Shown here piece after piece: positions 61,498 through 64,000 of a stretch of DNA of 64,000 bases. Below the pieces are notes generated by a model. That model searched no databases and was not told where the DNA came from. It saw nothing but the letters and a program-made list of their open reading frames with translations. The translations under genes and the position numbers were made by a program. How positions within the stretch are numbered: the stretch's first letter is position 1; every line of letters starts with the position of its first letter. The stretch lies in assembly GCF_037042905.1 (NCBI RefSeq), contig NC_087250.1, forward strand, positions 8,930,001 to 8,994,000, read 5' to 3'. Source of the DNA: Lytechinus pictus. Its lineage: Eukaryota.

Positions 61498-61501
61498 TTA
61501 A

Positions 61502-62077
61502 AAGACAAGTCCACCCCAACGAAAAGTTGATTTGAATAAAAAGAGAAAAATCCAACAAACATAACACTGAAAATCAAAATCGGATGTAAAATAAGAAAGT
61601 TATGACATTTTAAAGTTTTGCTTAATTTCACAAAATAGTTATATGCACATCCTGGTGGGTATGCAAATGAGGAGACTGATGACGTCATCCACTCACTATT
61701 TCTTTTGTATTTTATTATATGAAATAGGGAATATTCTATTTTTATCCTTGTCAAGTGAAACAACGATTAATTCTCCCCTGAACATGTGGAATAAGCATTG
61801 TTTAATACTATATGATTCAGTCAAGTTGGTCCTCATTTTCAAATCTATAAAAAATGAAATATTGTATAATTCAAACAATAAAAAACAAAAGAAATAGTGA
61901 GTGAGGGACATCATCAACTTTCTCATTTGAGTTGTGCATATCACTGTTTTGTGAAAAATAAGCAAAACTTGAAACTTTCTTATTTTTCATCCGATTTTGA
62001 TGAAATTTTCAGCGTTTTGCTAATTTGATTTATCTCTATTTATTCAAATCAACATTTTTCTGGGGTGGACTTGACCT
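61502..62077. mobile_element. Kolobok-like MITE, same family, opposite orientation, shared TTAA
   Basis: AAGACAAGTCCACCCCA...TGGGGTGGACTTGACCT|TTAA. Confidence 0.85.
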
Positions 62078-63307
62078 TTAATGACCTGACAGTTTCTCTG
62101 TTTCCAATTATTCCCCTCCTTATATCATCTTCACATTTTTTCTCTTCATTTCTTTCTTCGTATTTGTGTATGTTCCTTCCTTTTTTATTTACCATTTTCC
62201 CCTATTTTCGGCAGAAGGGGGGGGGGGTGCGGAGCCGCTCTGGCTCTCTGGATCCACATAATTATCGTTACAGGGAAATACAGTAATTGTAGTTTTGGCC
62301 TATAGTCTTCTTTATACAAAGCAGTATAATTGTGTGAATAATTGGGCATGCGTCGCGAACGCGTAGCGCCAAGGTGGCGGGGGGGGGGGGGGTGCAGTGA
62401 AATATATTGCTGTACACATGCGTAACCAAAAAAAGAAAATAGTTTAAAGGGGTGCATTTTTTAAGTTTTGGACGCGGACCGCGCATGCACTTGTTTAGGG
62501 TATCAAAAATACAAATTTTCAAAAAAGGGGTGGTTTTGAAAGACTGGTCAATGGTCAATCGCGGGGTCAAACGTAGAGTCTATTTAGGGTATGTTTTTTC
62601 CAAAGTTTTTTTTTAGACTAGCAAAACGCGTTTAGGGTATGTTTTTTCCTCGGGGCTTTTCCTCCTCCTTTCTGAAAAGTGTATGGGCCTGAGACAAAAC
62701 TTGTTTAGGTGTCATATTCTGGCGACAACTCGTTTAGGGGCCAAAATGTGCAAAATGAACCCGCGAAAAACTTGTTTAGCGGGTTATTTTCAACACAGAG
62801 GAAAACTCGTTTATAGGGGGGTTGGAAATAATTTGGTCATGTGTACAGCAGTACATTTGACTGCCCCCCCCCCCCCCCACGGCAAGGCGGGTAGAGTTAT
62901 AATGTTAACCGACTTTTACATCCTTTCTTCACCAGGGGCTCCTTTCCCTTTTTTTTCACCCGTGACTTTCCCCCATTTTTTCTTATTCATTTAGGTTTCC
63001 TTTTTGTTTGGGAGGGATGTCCCCACCAGAAATTTAGTGTAGACTCATCCTTATGCCCCGCCCATGCTTCCACTGCCTACATTATAACTTTATTTTTTAT
63101 TTTCTTTATTACTGGTACCTTATTTTCATCCTAATCGATGTGCATGTGCAATTTTTTTATTATAAGCAAAGTTGATTTGAGTAAAAAGAGAAAAATCCCA
63201 CAAGCATAACGCTGAAAAAAAGAAAGTGATAACAATTTACATGTTTGCTTCATTTCACCAGGGAGTTGTGATGTATTTCACAACAATGATGTGAACATCC
63301 TGGTCGG

Positions 63308-64000
63308 CAGTGGCGTAACTACGGGAGGGGGGCATGTGCCCCCCAATCGGCTGACTCCCCCCCCCAAAAAAAAAAAAAGGGGGGAAAGGAGAAAAAGAGG
63401 GAGAAAGGAAGAGAAATGTACTGGGAAAGAAGAAATTATTGTTCATTATGATGTTTTGTTAAATTATGATTATGTTATGTTATATTACATAAGAAATATC
63501 TTTTTCATAAATTTATGAAACATTAACTCAGGCCCTATGTCTTCACTGTTCCTGGTGCTCGCATTGTCTGTTTAAGAAGATATCTAATCCTGTTGTACTA
63601 AAACCTCCCGTTTTCAAGTCAATATACACCAAATATATTTTTTCGCACTTCGAGATATTGTTTTATGCACAATAGTATGCTTCTTTTTCATGACTACTTA
63701 AAGCGATTGCCCAATATTAAGGTCTTAATATAAAACATTTCCTGTCCGTGCTTACGTTCGCAATTAGTGGATTGGTGAGGTATAACTGCCCTCCATGAGT
63801 TCCTATAGAATCAGTCCTTAAAATGTCCCTTTTTCTGATCTGAATGTAAAAAAATTTCAGCTCGCTCTTCGTATAATGATTACACAAATTTAATTATAAT
63901 GTCAATTTTTAGGTCTGAATATCCAAAATTTTCAGTTCGCGCTTTGCGCTCGCAATATTTGATTAGTGAGATGCGTATGATGATTACAATTACTACAAGC
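63308..64000. mobile_element. hAT-like non-autonomous element, truncated by the window end
   Basis: Begins CAGTGGCGTAAC, interior homologous to 1780-2420. Confidence 0.55.

Overview
AT-rich, repeat-dense animal genomic DNA, most likely from a sea urchin or other echinoderm (inferred from the repeat landscape and protein style, not from a database match). Two multi-exon genes can be rebuilt on the minus strand with consistent splice phases. One is a complete 6-coding-exon SLC46-family MFS transporter (15357..6840, 515 aa). The other is a 5'-partial Myt1/PKMYT1 Wee1-family kinase (14 exons, 57620..26648, 539 aa in the window). The rest is mainly non-autonomous DNA transposons (Kolobok-, Harbinger/PHIS-, hAT-, CACTA-, piggyBac- and Tc1/mariner-like), tRNA-derived SINEs, LINE 3' ends and tandem repeats. 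Highlights: (1) tandem copies of a Myt1 exon 3' end plus donor, one differing from the parent only at synonymous sites, suggesting unannotated 66-nt cassette exons; (2) a U12-type intron in Myt1; (3) a four-level nested transposon stack with intact TSDs, including an 11.3-kb Harbinger-like element carrying a decayed spliced gene antisense to Myt1; (4) a tRNA-like Pol III cassette in the loop of a long hairpin with a 14-bp TSD. Superfamily calls rest on TIR/TSD signatures read by eye.
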